64,000 bases of DNA from a virus (lineage: Duplodnaviria; Caudoviricetes): the IMG/VR virus record IMGVR_UViG_3300037067_019009, positions 1 to 64,000 of that record. The stretch is one strand, 5' to 3'. Position 1 is the stretch's first letter, and each line of letters starts with the position of its first letter. The position numbers were made by a program, and so were the translations under genes. Below the pieces are notes generated by a model, which ran no database searches, was not told where the DNA came from, and was given only the letters and a program-made list of their open reading frames with translations. Positions 21,053-28,880 of the stretch are shown piece by piece.

Positions 21053-21249
21053 TGGCGCTAAGAGAAATAACTACGGGTATAACAGACTGCCCCAAATGCG
21101 GAGCTGGTGGCCCAATGAATTTTAGAATCGAGGAAAGAGCCTCGGTCAGGCGGCTTGATAAGAACAGTCCGACCAGGATCACAGTCGTTGAGCGTAGACG
21201 TATGCTCGTCTGCATAAAATGCGGACAAACTATTCCTCTAGATGGCTAA
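21052..21249 (+). CDS. Small zinc-ribbon protein
   Basis: CPKC...CIKC; SD AGGAG; stop/start overlap. Confidence 0.6.
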   Translation: MALREITTGITDCPKCGAGGPMNFRIEERASVRRLDKNSPTRITVVERRRMLVCIKCGQTIPLDG

Positions 21250-21718
21250 TATATTCGAGACGGAGCTTTCCAAAAGCTTCACCGCTCTCGGATGGTGGCA
21301 CCATAAGTTGTCCACATCAGTAAGCCCTTCTCCTGTTGCCAGGAGATTTATGCGTAAGACACCGTTCGACTTTTTCGCTGCAAGTGGTAGGAGCAATCCT
21401 GCCATAGAGGCCAAGTCATCTAAACGTCTAGGTAGTTTTCCATTCGAACGGGTGGAAGATCATCAGGTAGAAGGACTCAAAGATTATAAAAACCATAACA
21501 ACCCGGCGTGGATTCTACTTAACTTTAGAAAGCCGCGTAACGTTACTTACGCGGTAGATATAGATAGCTGGATAAAGCTGACAAACAAATTAGACAGAAA
21601 ATCAGTCCCGGCAGCGCTTTTAAAAGCAAAACCTTTCATAGAGATACCTAGAATAAAAATAGTCACTGAAGATATAACACAGTTGATATGGGACCTCCGG
21701 GTCCTAGAGGGGAGATAA
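21242..21718 (+). CDS. recU: RecU-like Holliday junction resolvase
   Basis: KTPFDF...AIEAKSS...FPFERVEDHQVEGL matches the RecU PD-(D/E)xK pattern. Confidence 0.75.
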   Translation: MANIFETELSKSFTALGWWHHKLSTSVSPSPVARRFMRKTPFDFFAASGRSNPAIEAKSSKRLGSFPFERVEDHQVEGLKDYKNHNNPAWILLNFRKPRNVTYAVDIDSWIKLTNKLDRKSVPAALLKAKPFIEIPRIKIVTEDITQLIWDLRVLEGR

Positions 21719-21719
21719 C

Positions 21720-22046
21720 ATGAAGAAGTTTACATTGGAACCACTCCACAATTTTTGCACGGTGGAGCCTATAGTCCAGGAAGAGAAGATTCTTGACAGT
21801 GGCCTAGTTGTAGCACAGAAAGAAAAGCCCAGGCCGCAGCTAGCCACAGTTATAGCGGTTGGGCCTGGAGCAAGAGCCCTCATGACCGGTGAGCGCATGA
21901 GTATGGACGTAAAGCCCGGGGACGTTGTAGCAATTACCCAGTACTCCTCTATCAGGGTGGAGTTTGCAGACTCGACGTACACACACATAATCGGTGAGTT
22001 AGATATCCTGGGTAAAGTGGTGTGCGAGGATGTAGAGGACGACTAA
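21720..22046 (+). CDS. groES: Co-chaperonin GroES
   Basis: LEPLH, mobile loop SGLVVA, KEKP, VIAVGPG, VKPGDVV, DILG. Confidence 0.9.
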   Translation: MKKFTLEPLHNFCTVEPIVQEEKILDSGLVVAQKEKPRPQLATVIAVGPGARALMTGERMSMDVKPGDVVAITQYSSIRVEFADSTYTHIIGELDILGKVVCEDVEDD

Positions 22047-22048
22047 CA

Positions 22049-22441
22049 TTGTATACTGCCTATGCGAGAAGGGGGTTTCTTTACCCACACCCCGGGTTCC
22101 TGGGGTGTCCACGGTTTAAGCAGTGCAAAGCATGCATGCTGTGTGAGAACTACATGCCGGCTGATGTCGTATGCCAGTACTGCGAAATGCGTAAGGTCCC
22201 AAAGCAGATATGTCAATGCACAGAGGTAAGGAAGCTCAATGTTAGGAGAATGGAGTCGATAACCGGAAGACCACTTTATGTAGATCCTCAGGTGGACTGC
22301 AAGTTCGGAACAGTGAGCAAGACAGACGTAACCGATGTGGCTGATTGGGACGAGATCGCGGAGAACTTAAGGCAGTTTAGTGCCGGAGAGCTTTCAGTAT
22401 CGGAGGTAAAAGAGCTGGCTCAGAGAGTCAGAGGGCGATAA
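22049..22441 (+). CDS. Cys-rich hypothetical protein
   Basis: Likely TTG start after the groES stop; several CxxC motifs. Confidence 0.55.
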   Translation: MYTAYARRGFLYPHPGFLGCPRFKQCKACMLCENYMPADVVCQYCEMRKVPKQICQCTEVRKLNVRRMESITGRPLYVDPQVDCKFGTVSKTDVTDVADWDEIAENLRQFSAGELSVSEVKELAQRVRGR

Positions 22442-22443
22442 TC

Positions 22444-22653
22444 ATGTCCATTGAAGTAAGATTTGTAACTAAGGAAGGCAAAATCCTAGGTGAAATAGAT
22501 ACGGATGGGACCACTCGAATATCTAAGGAGTGGGAGAAGCGTGATGCAGAACCGGAAGCCGCACCTTCAGTCTTGAAGAAACGGCCCACATCTAAATCAC
22601 GCAAGAAAAAGGTGGAGGATAAAACCAAAAGTGGCGAAGAAAAAGACAGATAG
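22444..22653 (+). CDS. Small basic hypothetical protein
   Basis: Operonic ORF. Confidence 0.5.
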   Translation: MSIEVRFVTKEGKILGEIDTDGTTRISKEWEKRDAEPEAAPSVLKKRPTSKSRKKKVEDKTKSGEEKDR

Positions 22654-23323
22654 TAAGTTACAAGAAAACCCCAACCCAAATATAGAAGGGGCAGAGATCA
22701 AAACTCTAAAAAGCTTGGAAATCACGGTGGCCTTACCAGAGAATAAGGACCTGGGCCCACCCGAGGCTGCTGCCATAAAAAAAATATTCGAAGCAGCCGG
22801 TGCGGTGCCTCAACATACAGCTAAAAAGGTATCTGCTATCGCTGCGGATATTCCCGCTGAAAATCTGGACACGCTCATGGCTTCGTTAAGAGATATCCCT
22901 GAGGTGGTAGTGAATAACGAGCTGGAGAATTATTTCACTGGCCTGATACAGGCGATGTCGCAGATATACCAGAAGCAGGATTCGGTATTTGCAATACATC
23001 TAAATACAGCGGATGTGGAATTATTCAAGAAGAAGTTCTCGGAGCTTGTATCCCCGGAGCTAGCTAATAGCATAACCATAGAGTCAAGCGATGAGTGTGG
23101 ACTTCCAAGCCTGCTGCTTAGAAGTCAGGTAGAGACCCAGTGGCTTGTGGATTACTATCGCAGAAAAGGACTCTTTAACTATCTGCAAGCGAGCGGGTGT
23201 CCGCTGCTCCCTACTGCAGGAGAGCTTAAGCTGCTTTACATGCAAGAAGCCTTAACCGCGATCTCTAACGCATCTAGCCGCAAGCCACAGATAGTAGCGC
23301 CTGGAGGGCCGGTAGTCCGGTAA
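22631..23323 (+). CDS. Hypothetical protein
   Basis: GGAGG SD before a GTG start. Confidence 0.6.
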   Translation: MAKKKTDSKLQENPNPNIEGAEIKTLKSLEITVALPENKDLGPPEAAAIKKIFEAAGAVPQHTAKKVSAIAADIPAENLDTLMASLRDIPEVVVNNELENYFTGLIQAMSQIYQKQDSVFAIHLNTADVELFKKKFSELVSPELANSITIESSDECGLPSLLLRSQVETQWLVDYYRRKGLFNYLQASGCPLLPTAGELKLLYMQEALTAISNASSRKPQIVAPGGPVVR

Positions 23324-23329
23324 TAAGTT

Positions 23330-24004
23330 ATGAGCAGCCATACCTTCAATTTTACAACTGGCAGCAAGGATGTAAAGTCCACGAGTGATTATTTAGATGG
23401 GCTGGTCAAAGAATATCGAGTGGGGGTCTCTGGAGCATCAGAGGCCCTCCTGGTAGCATTTACGCCGCTCTTGGTAAAGTACTGGCGGCTGCTCACATCA
23501 GGTCTGTGGGATATAGACGATAAGGACATAACCAAGTTTTTGCGTATGTTGGGAACAGCCGATCTGGAACTTACTTCCGAGAGGCTGGTACAGACTATGA
23601 AGGTCTATGATCCAGAGGATATATGGGGAGAGTTAGTACTTTGTCTCTACAAGACGGCTAAACGCTACACTAATATCTCATCCACCTTTAAGTACATAGT
23701 TAAGCAGCGTGTGATAACCTTAATACGGGATCCTATAGTCTATTCGACTTTAGCTGACCTGGAAACCAGCAGCACGAAAGATCCTGGGGACATAGACCAA
23801 GCATGGATAAACGGGGTAACCGCCGGAGATGGATGGGATCAGCTGACGTGTCTCGAACGCGCTGTAATAAAGCTTATCTATTGGGACGGTCTAAGTATGG
23901 CAGTAGCTGCGAAGAAACTTCATATCTCACTTTCCCAACTGAAACGGTGCAAAAGAATCGGGAAATCGATATTAGCAAAGCACTTCAATCTAAACAAGGA
24001 GTAA
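23330..24004 (+). CDS. Phage sigma-70-like factor / region-4 HTH protein
   Basis: Region-2-like N-part (FTPLLVKYW...EDIWGELVLCL) and region 4 LTCLERAVIKLIYWDGLSMAVAAKKLHIS. Confidence 0.65.
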   Translation: MSSHTFNFTTGSKDVKSTSDYLDGLVKEYRVGVSGASEALLVAFTPLLVKYWRLLTSGLWDIDDKDITKFLRMLGTADLELTSERLVQTMKVYDPEDIWGELVLCLYKTAKRYTNISSTFKYIVKQRVITLIRDPIVYSTLADLETSSTKDPGDIDQAWINGVTAGDGWDQLTCLERAVIKLIYWDGLSMAVAAKKLHISLSQLKRCKRIGKSILAKHFNLNKE

Positions 24005-24010
24005 GATCCG

Positions 24011-24334
24011 GTGAATAAGGACAGTTACTGCAGAAAAATAGTGGCATGTTTTTATGAAGACGCACGCGTATGTGCTCATTGTGGGAAAAAGCTTGCAAAC
24101 AAAAGTGGAATGCTTTATATAGTGGCTCCCTCTAGCAACACCTCCCTCGAGTATTGCTCATGGAAATGTATGTACCTTAGTTTGCGCAAAAAATTAGATG
24201 AGCGGATAGAGGCTAAGAAGCTTTATAACTCCGACCTGCTAAACAAGATGGGCTACGAACGCGAGTGGGACGGAAAAACTCCACTTAAACTTACAAAGAC
24301 GGAACTAGAATCTAAAATAGAGGATCCAAGGTAA
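24011..24334 (+). CDS. Zinc-finger (MYM/TRASH-like) protein
   Basis: CAHCGK...YCSWKC. Confidence 0.55.
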   Translation: MNKDSYCRKIVACFYEDARVCAHCGKKLANKSGMLYIVAPSSNTSLEYCSWKCMYLSLRKKLDERIEAKKLYNSDLLNKMGYEREWDGKTPLKLTKTELESKIEDPR

Positions 24335-24397
24335 AGACTTGTTGCGAACAAGCTAACTTTGGTGTAGTTAGGAACAATTGAGGCAGCGAAAAGACAA

Positions 24398-24550
24398 ATG
24401 GCTAAGTATGGAGCAGTTGTATATAGTGATGCAAAGTACGGGTCTACCGTTGTAAATAGGAATTCGATAAGGCCGAAACCAATGCCTAAAAAAGAAAACA
24501 TATTAGAAATCAAAGTAACAATATTAGATAAACGCCAATCTGCCGCGTAA
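24398..24550 (+). CDS. 50-aa microprotein MAKYGAVVYSDAKYG...KPMPKKENILEIKVTILDKRQSAA (not in ORF track)
   Basis: Hand-translated ATG 24398 to TAA 24550. The last 24 aa are identical to the C-terminus of 26762-27352. Confidence 0.6.
   Translation: MAKYGAVVYSDAKYGSTVVNRNSIRPKPMPKKENILEIKVTILDKRQSAA
24474..24549 (+). repeat. 76-bp perfect direct repeat, copy 1
   Basis: CGAAACCAATGCCTAAAAAAGAAAAC...CAATCTGCCGCGTA, identical to 27276-27351. Confidence 0.95.
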
Positions 24551-24588
24551 TACCACCCTTACCTGTCCCCCCCTCAGGAGAAAACCAC

Positions 24589-26127
24589 ATGACTTCCGAA
24601 TATCCAGGTGCAATTAAAACTTTTACAGTAAAACAAGATAACGTTGATGACATCATGGCATCGCACATGAATGATGTTCAGGACGAAATATCCGCCATCC
24701 AAACAGAACTTGGCGTGAATCCTTCTGGTGGATTTGAATCAGTTGTCCTGCGGCTGAATGACTTGGAAGCCACAACAACTGCGGCGGTCACGGCATATCT
24801 TGGTATTCTCAATAAAGCAGCGGACTCTGATCTACTGGATGGACATAATACCGACTATTTCGCTACAGCTTCGGAAGCCTCTACTCTATCCTCGCGAGTC
24901 AGCGGTACGGAAGATGATATATTGACGCTGGAGACTGATGTAGATTCAATCGAGAGCATTATAAAAGTTGGTATTCCGAATTGGAAAGACGATCCACGTC
25001 CTACTGAATGGGCAAAGAGTTACGGAGGTAAAGATTTTGTTACTGTTAATGACACGGAAGCCACAATACTAAAAATTGATTCCGGCGCTGGTGTCATCAG
25101 GAGATTTTATCTTACGTCCCAGGTCGAGAAGGTCGCAGATGCAATCATTAAAATCAAACCGGATGGTGGTGAAGCAACTTTTGTATCAACCATTTCAGAA
25201 TGTGCTTTACAGCCACGAGTATTAGCACAATCATTCTGGGAAGATTCTAGTTATGAGCTTGCGAACGGGCTTAAATATATTTCTTCTGATGATGGTTCTG
25301 GAGCTGCTGCAACTCAAGGTAAAGTAAGTCTTACATTTCCTTGGGGTATCCCGTTTAATGATGGAATAGAAATAACGATCACTTGTCCATCGGGAACATC
25401 TGGCAAAAATGTTTACGCTAATGCTGAATATTCAAGCGGCGCTCATCCTTGGCCATTGGGGGAATACGGTGTTTTACGCTGTCAACAGTATAATACCGCG
25501 TCTGGTATAATCTCCGGAGCGCCTGATGATATAAGTCTACCGTCAACATGCACGGGTTTAATAACAATCTCAGGCACAGCTGTGACAGGAGATGGCAGTT
25601 GTTTAGCTGGCATAGAGTTTGATGTAGGAGACTATATATACGTTGGTTTATATGCACTTAAAGTAATCAGTATCACTGACGAAAATCATTTCACCGTAAA
25701 CGCATCAGTATCCGTAGGAACTCCGACGGCATTCAGGGCTGCATCAGATTTTCCTGTATTTACATATAGTGGTGGCGGTATCATTATTGCCATTGCCCGT
25801 ATGATGACCGGTGATAATGATAATATCCTCGAAAATAACTGGTATCTGAAAATAGACGGGACTGAAAAGCGCAGAGGAACTGGCACTGAGGATGACCCAG
25901 ATAGTGGATATTATTATGCGTGTGTCGAATACGCTGGAGAAAATGCTGGAGTGTTGCGTAACTGTAAATTAAGAGGCTTAGACAGCCATACTTGGACTGA
26001 CTATTTGATATTTAATACAGCTGCTTGGAAGTTTAACGAGTCATTCGAGTATGGAGTAAACCCAGTCGAAACTTCTGCTACATCATATACTTTCAAAGGC
26101 ATCGTACTCTTCTACACTGAGAGTTAA
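24589..26127 (+). CDS. Tail-fibre/spike-like protein with DUF2961 (GH172)-like glycosidase domain
   Basis: N-terminal attachment module (YPGAIKTF...ASHMNDVQDEISAIQTELG) and fibre motif LLDGHNTDYFA, then GAGVIRRFYLT, IPFNDGIEIT, LENN..KIDG..GTGTED. Confidence 0.6.
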   Translation: MTSEYPGAIKTFTVKQDNVDDIMASHMNDVQDEISAIQTELGVNPSGGFESVVLRLNDLEATTTAAVTAYLGILNKAADSDLLDGHNTDYFATASEASTLSSRVSGTEDDILTLETDVDSIESIIKVGIPNWKDDPRPTEWAKSYGGKDFVTVNDTEATILKIDSGAGVIRRFYLTSQVEKVADAIIKIKPDGGEATFVSTISECALQPRVLAQSFWEDSSYELANGLKYISSDDGSGAAATQGKVSLTFPWGIPFNDGIEITITCPSGTSGKNVYANAEYSSGAHPWPLGEYGVLRCQQYNTASGIISGAPDDISLPSTCTGLITISGTAVTGDGSCLAGIEFDVGDYIYVGLYALKVISITDENHFTVNASVSVGTPTAFRAASDFPVFTYSGGGIIIAIARMMTGDNDNILENNWYLKIDGTEKRRGTGTEDDPDSGYYYACVEYAGENAGVLRNCKLRGLDSHTWTDYLIFNTAAWKFNESFEYGVNPVETSATSYTFKGIVLFYTES

Positions 26128-26136
26128 GGTAATAAT

Positions 26137-26712
26137 ATGAGCATGATAACTTCCCTACTTAGACACTTCTATACGTTTGCAACGGATTTAGCACACGTCT
26201 TTATGTCTCGTGCAGGTGTTACAGATATAGCTTTCAGAGTATATTCTGTCGCAACAGGTAAAACATTTGACTTTTACGGCAGCGGAAAACTCAAAATACA
26301 TGGACTGGGCGAGGGTTATCGCGCACCTAAATATGGGCTAAATGCTGATGGTGCAACCAATGATTTTAAGGCTGGTGAAAACATACCTGGGAACTATATC
26401 GTGATGGTTGGCGCTGATCAAACTCATGTACTTAAATGCACGGATGTTACTAAAGCCATAGGTACTAATTCAAGCAGTAGCCAAGTAAATAGTGGCGGAC
26501 TTTTCGAGATATTATTCGCGGGGACTTTACCAATCCAACTTGATAGTGCTGTTGGTGGATGTGCCGTTGGAGATTACATTGGATTATCAGGGACGGCAGG
26601 GATGGGAACTAAAGTCACATCAGGGCAATATCTTGGTATAGCGTCGAAAGCTGCTGCTGCTGACGGAGTAGCGCTTGTTATTTGGCGACCTGGCTATCTA
26701 CCAGCAGCATAG
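26137..26712 (+). CDS. Virion decoration/cement-like protein
   Basis: Gly/Ala-rich C-terminus AVGDYIG...LGIASKAAAADG resembles capsid cement (DUF2190-like) folds. Confidence 0.45.
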   Translation: MSMITSLLRHFYTFATDLAHVFMSRAGVTDIAFRVYSVATGKTFDFYGSGKLKIHGLGEGYRAPKYGLNADGATNDFKAGENIPGNYIVMVGADQTHVLKCTDVTKAIGTNSSSSQVNSGGLFEILFAGTLPIQLDSAVGGCAVGDYIGLSGTAGMGTKVTSGQYLGIASKAAAADGVALVIWRPGYLPAA

Positions 26713-26761
26713 GACGTAAGGCATAAACAATGCACACCTACGCTGACAAAAGAGCTTAACA

Positions 26762-27352
26762 ATGTCTACCACAATATTATCGCCAACAATAGCGGAAAAC
26801 GTTGCGGGAGCTGGAGTTAACTGGGTTGATCCAAGCAATGCCCTTACCGATGACAGCACTTATGCTTCAGTTGAGGTGCTCGGACTCTCTGGTAATTTGA
26901 AGCTGAAAACATTCGAGGCAGCTATTCCCAGCACAGTGGTAATCGTGTCCTTAATAGTAACTATCAAGGGTTATGCTTCCGTTGATACGCAGCCGAATGA
27001 CGGCAACATAGTCTATCTCCGGCTCGCTGATGGAACGTTAAGCCCGGGCGTTGAATTCTCATTTCCGATGACAACTCCCGATGAAGTCGAAATCGATTTA
27101 ACGGATGATGCAACCACAATAGCACTTAGCGCAGATGACATAAATGACCCCGACTTCGCAATCGAGATCGTAGCGTCTTCAGATGGTATAGCGCCACAGC
27201 ATTATTATATAGGTAGTGTAACGCTTAGTATAGAAAGTGCTTACTACGCGCCCATGGTTACAACTAGGAGCGCTACGAAACCAATGCCTAAAAAAGAAAA
27301 CATATTAGAAATCAAAGTAACAATATTAGATAAACGCCAATCTGCCGCGTAG
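26762..27352 (+). CDS. Jelly-roll virion protein ending in the repeated 24-aa tag
   Basis: WVDPSNALTDDSTYA...IPSTVVIVSLIVTIKG; C-terminus encoded by repeat copy 2. Confidence 0.6.
   Translation: MSTTILSPTIAENVAGAGVNWVDPSNALTDDSTYASVEVLGLSGNLKLKTFEAAIPSTVVIVSLIVTIKGYASVDTQPNDGNIVYLRLADGTLSPGVEFSFPMTTPDEVEIDLTDDATTIALSADDINDPDFAIEIVASSDGIAPQHYYIGSVTLSIESAYYAPMVTTRSATKPMPKKENILEIKVTILDKRQSAA
27276..27351 (+). repeat. 76-bp perfect direct repeat, copy 2
   Basis: Identical to 24474-24549 (offset 2802 bp). Confidence 0.95.
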
Positions 27353-27402
27353 CTTGGCTTCCTCTCTACTGCTTCAACTCTCACTGGCTTAGTAAAGCCT
27401 GT

Positions 27403-27440
27403 AAAACCCACCGGTATTATTATGTACCTGGTGGGTTTTT
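27403..27440. terminator. Bidirectional intrinsic terminator at the strand switch
   Basis: AAAACCCACC-GGTA...TACC-T-GGTGGGTTTTT between convergent gene blocks. Confidence 0.8.
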
Positions 27441-27451
27441 CTTTGTCTGGA

Positions 27452-28027
27452 CTATAAACTGTCTAGCACCTCTAAGCACTCGGCCACTCTATCATCCATG
27501 CTTACAGATTCCACTAGATGTAAATGTTTAGGTGGTAGGTAGTAAGCATACATACTATATAGATGAGAATCCGCATTGGTTCTCCACAAATCATCAAACT
27601 GTACCTTAGCACGCACGCCATCCACTACTGGTGTAAGTTTTGGCGGGATATGAAAGATTACATCATACCTTGGGTTTGGGTTATTAAGTTTAATCATTTC
27701 CGAGAACAAATCATCCAGTATCATAATCTCTTTAGTGTCTCCAGAAGATAACATAAAGGCATAAACCAAAGAACTAAACACCGGACCATCAGTTATTAAA
27801 ATATCAGCGTAACCAACAGAGTCTTCCCACTCCAACTGCTTTTTAAAAATCCTGAACTGCTCCCACGGCTGAGTCACAGTACCATACTTCGCTATGTACC
27901 TTCTAGCGTACTCCGATAAGAGTTCGATATTTTTTAGTTTCTCTATCCTTCTACATGTACTAGCTAATCCCCTAGCTGTTGATGTTTTCCCCGCGCCAGG
28001 AACGCCAGTAAACCCCACCCTAATCAA
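27452..28027 (-). CDS. NadR-like (AAA_28) P-loop kinase/ATPase
   Basis: GVPGAGKTS, LSEYARRYI, ILITDG, VVDGVR. Confidence 0.75.
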   Translation of the reverse strand: MIRVGFTGVPGAGKTSTARGLASTCRRIEKLKNIELLSEYARRYIAKYGTVTQPWEQFRIFKKQLEWEDSVGYADILITDGPVFSSLVYAFMLSSGDTKEIMILDDLFSEMIKLNNPNPRYDVIFHIPPKLTPVVDGVRAKVQFDDLWRTNADSHLYSMYAYYLPPKHLHLVESVSMDDRVAECLEVLDSL

Positions 28028-28125
28028 ACGTTATCTCCTTTGTTTTCATTCTACTTAGTAATTATTGCAGGGCTATAACCCTGCATTTATGCATTGCATG
28101 GCTGGAGCCTTGTAATATTAATTAG

Positions 28126-28620
28126 CTACGCTAGAATCCAGTAATCTTCCCCATCGAAGTCTACAGTGAAATAGTCCTGCTTCAACTCCTTGGCGGCGGC
28201 TTCCCAATCAATATGTCGGAAGGGCCAACCTTCAGCCTTGCCCATGTCGCATATATCAGTGGCTAGTTGTTCTGCATATTCCTCGAAGTAAGAATCCCTT
28301 ATAAGAGTTTCTCCATAATTCCACCCCGGAGAGCTGCCGGCATCTTCAGCCAGATTTTTAAGTGCTGTAAGTTCATCAGCGTCATCTGAATCATCCCAGC
28401 TCTCGAGATTGTATATTGCATCCTCCACAGCCTTCCTGAGGTTTGCATAGGGGCTATCCGGTCTCTCGTCATCTTTATCAACATCGGCCGTTTCTAGGGC
28501 TTCCTGGGCCTCATCTATGGCAAACTGAAGATTTTCTCGGTCTTCCTCCAACTCTTCTATTCTTTTTATGACATCTCTAGAATCTATGAGATCCTGCGAG
28601 TTGTATATTGATTTAGCCAT
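28126..28620 (-). CDS. Highly acidic ArdA-like antirestriction / DNA-mimic protein
   Basis: Very D/E-rich; C-terminal FEEYAEQL...IDWEAAAKELKQDY resembles the ArdA C-terminal motif. Confidence 0.55.
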   Translation of the reverse strand: MAKSIYNSQDLIDSRDVIKRIEELEEDRENLQFAIDEAQEALETADVDKDDERPDSPYANLRKAVEDAIYNLESWDDSDDADELTALKNLAEDAGSSPGWNYGETLIRDSYFEEYAEQLATDICDMGKAEGWPFRHIDWEAAAKELKQDYFTVDFDGEDYWILA

Positions 28621-28626
28621 ACTATG

Positions 28627-28845
28627 CTATACCTCCTCTTCATCTTCTTCTCTCCCTATGTCTTCTCCTCTTTCCAGTGGCTCGTACAAACCATCTAACA
28701 CCAACTCACACATAAGTTCTCTTACTGGCTGATTACGCTTCCTCGCCACGGACTTAAATCTACTATACTCTCTACGAGTAAGCCGCACAGTAAATCGAAA
28801 ATCTGCGCAATCATTTCCGCCTTTTGTAGGAAACCATCTAGGCAT
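28627..28845 (-). CDS. Ribbon-helix-helix DNA-binding protein
   Basis: FTVRLTRREYSRFKSVARKRNQPVRELM. Confidence 0.6.
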   Translation of the reverse strand: MPRWFPTKGGNDCADFRFTVRLTRREYSRFKSVARKRNQPVRELMCELVLDGLYEPLERGEDIGREEDEEEV

Positions 28846-28880
28846 ATACTATACTCCTCTAATTCGGCAGGTCTTCTATA

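Noticed and set aside
24474-27351. 76-bp repeat as a DGR template/variable repeat pair
   Set aside because: The copies are identical with no adenine-specific mismatches, and there is no reverse transcriptase in the window.
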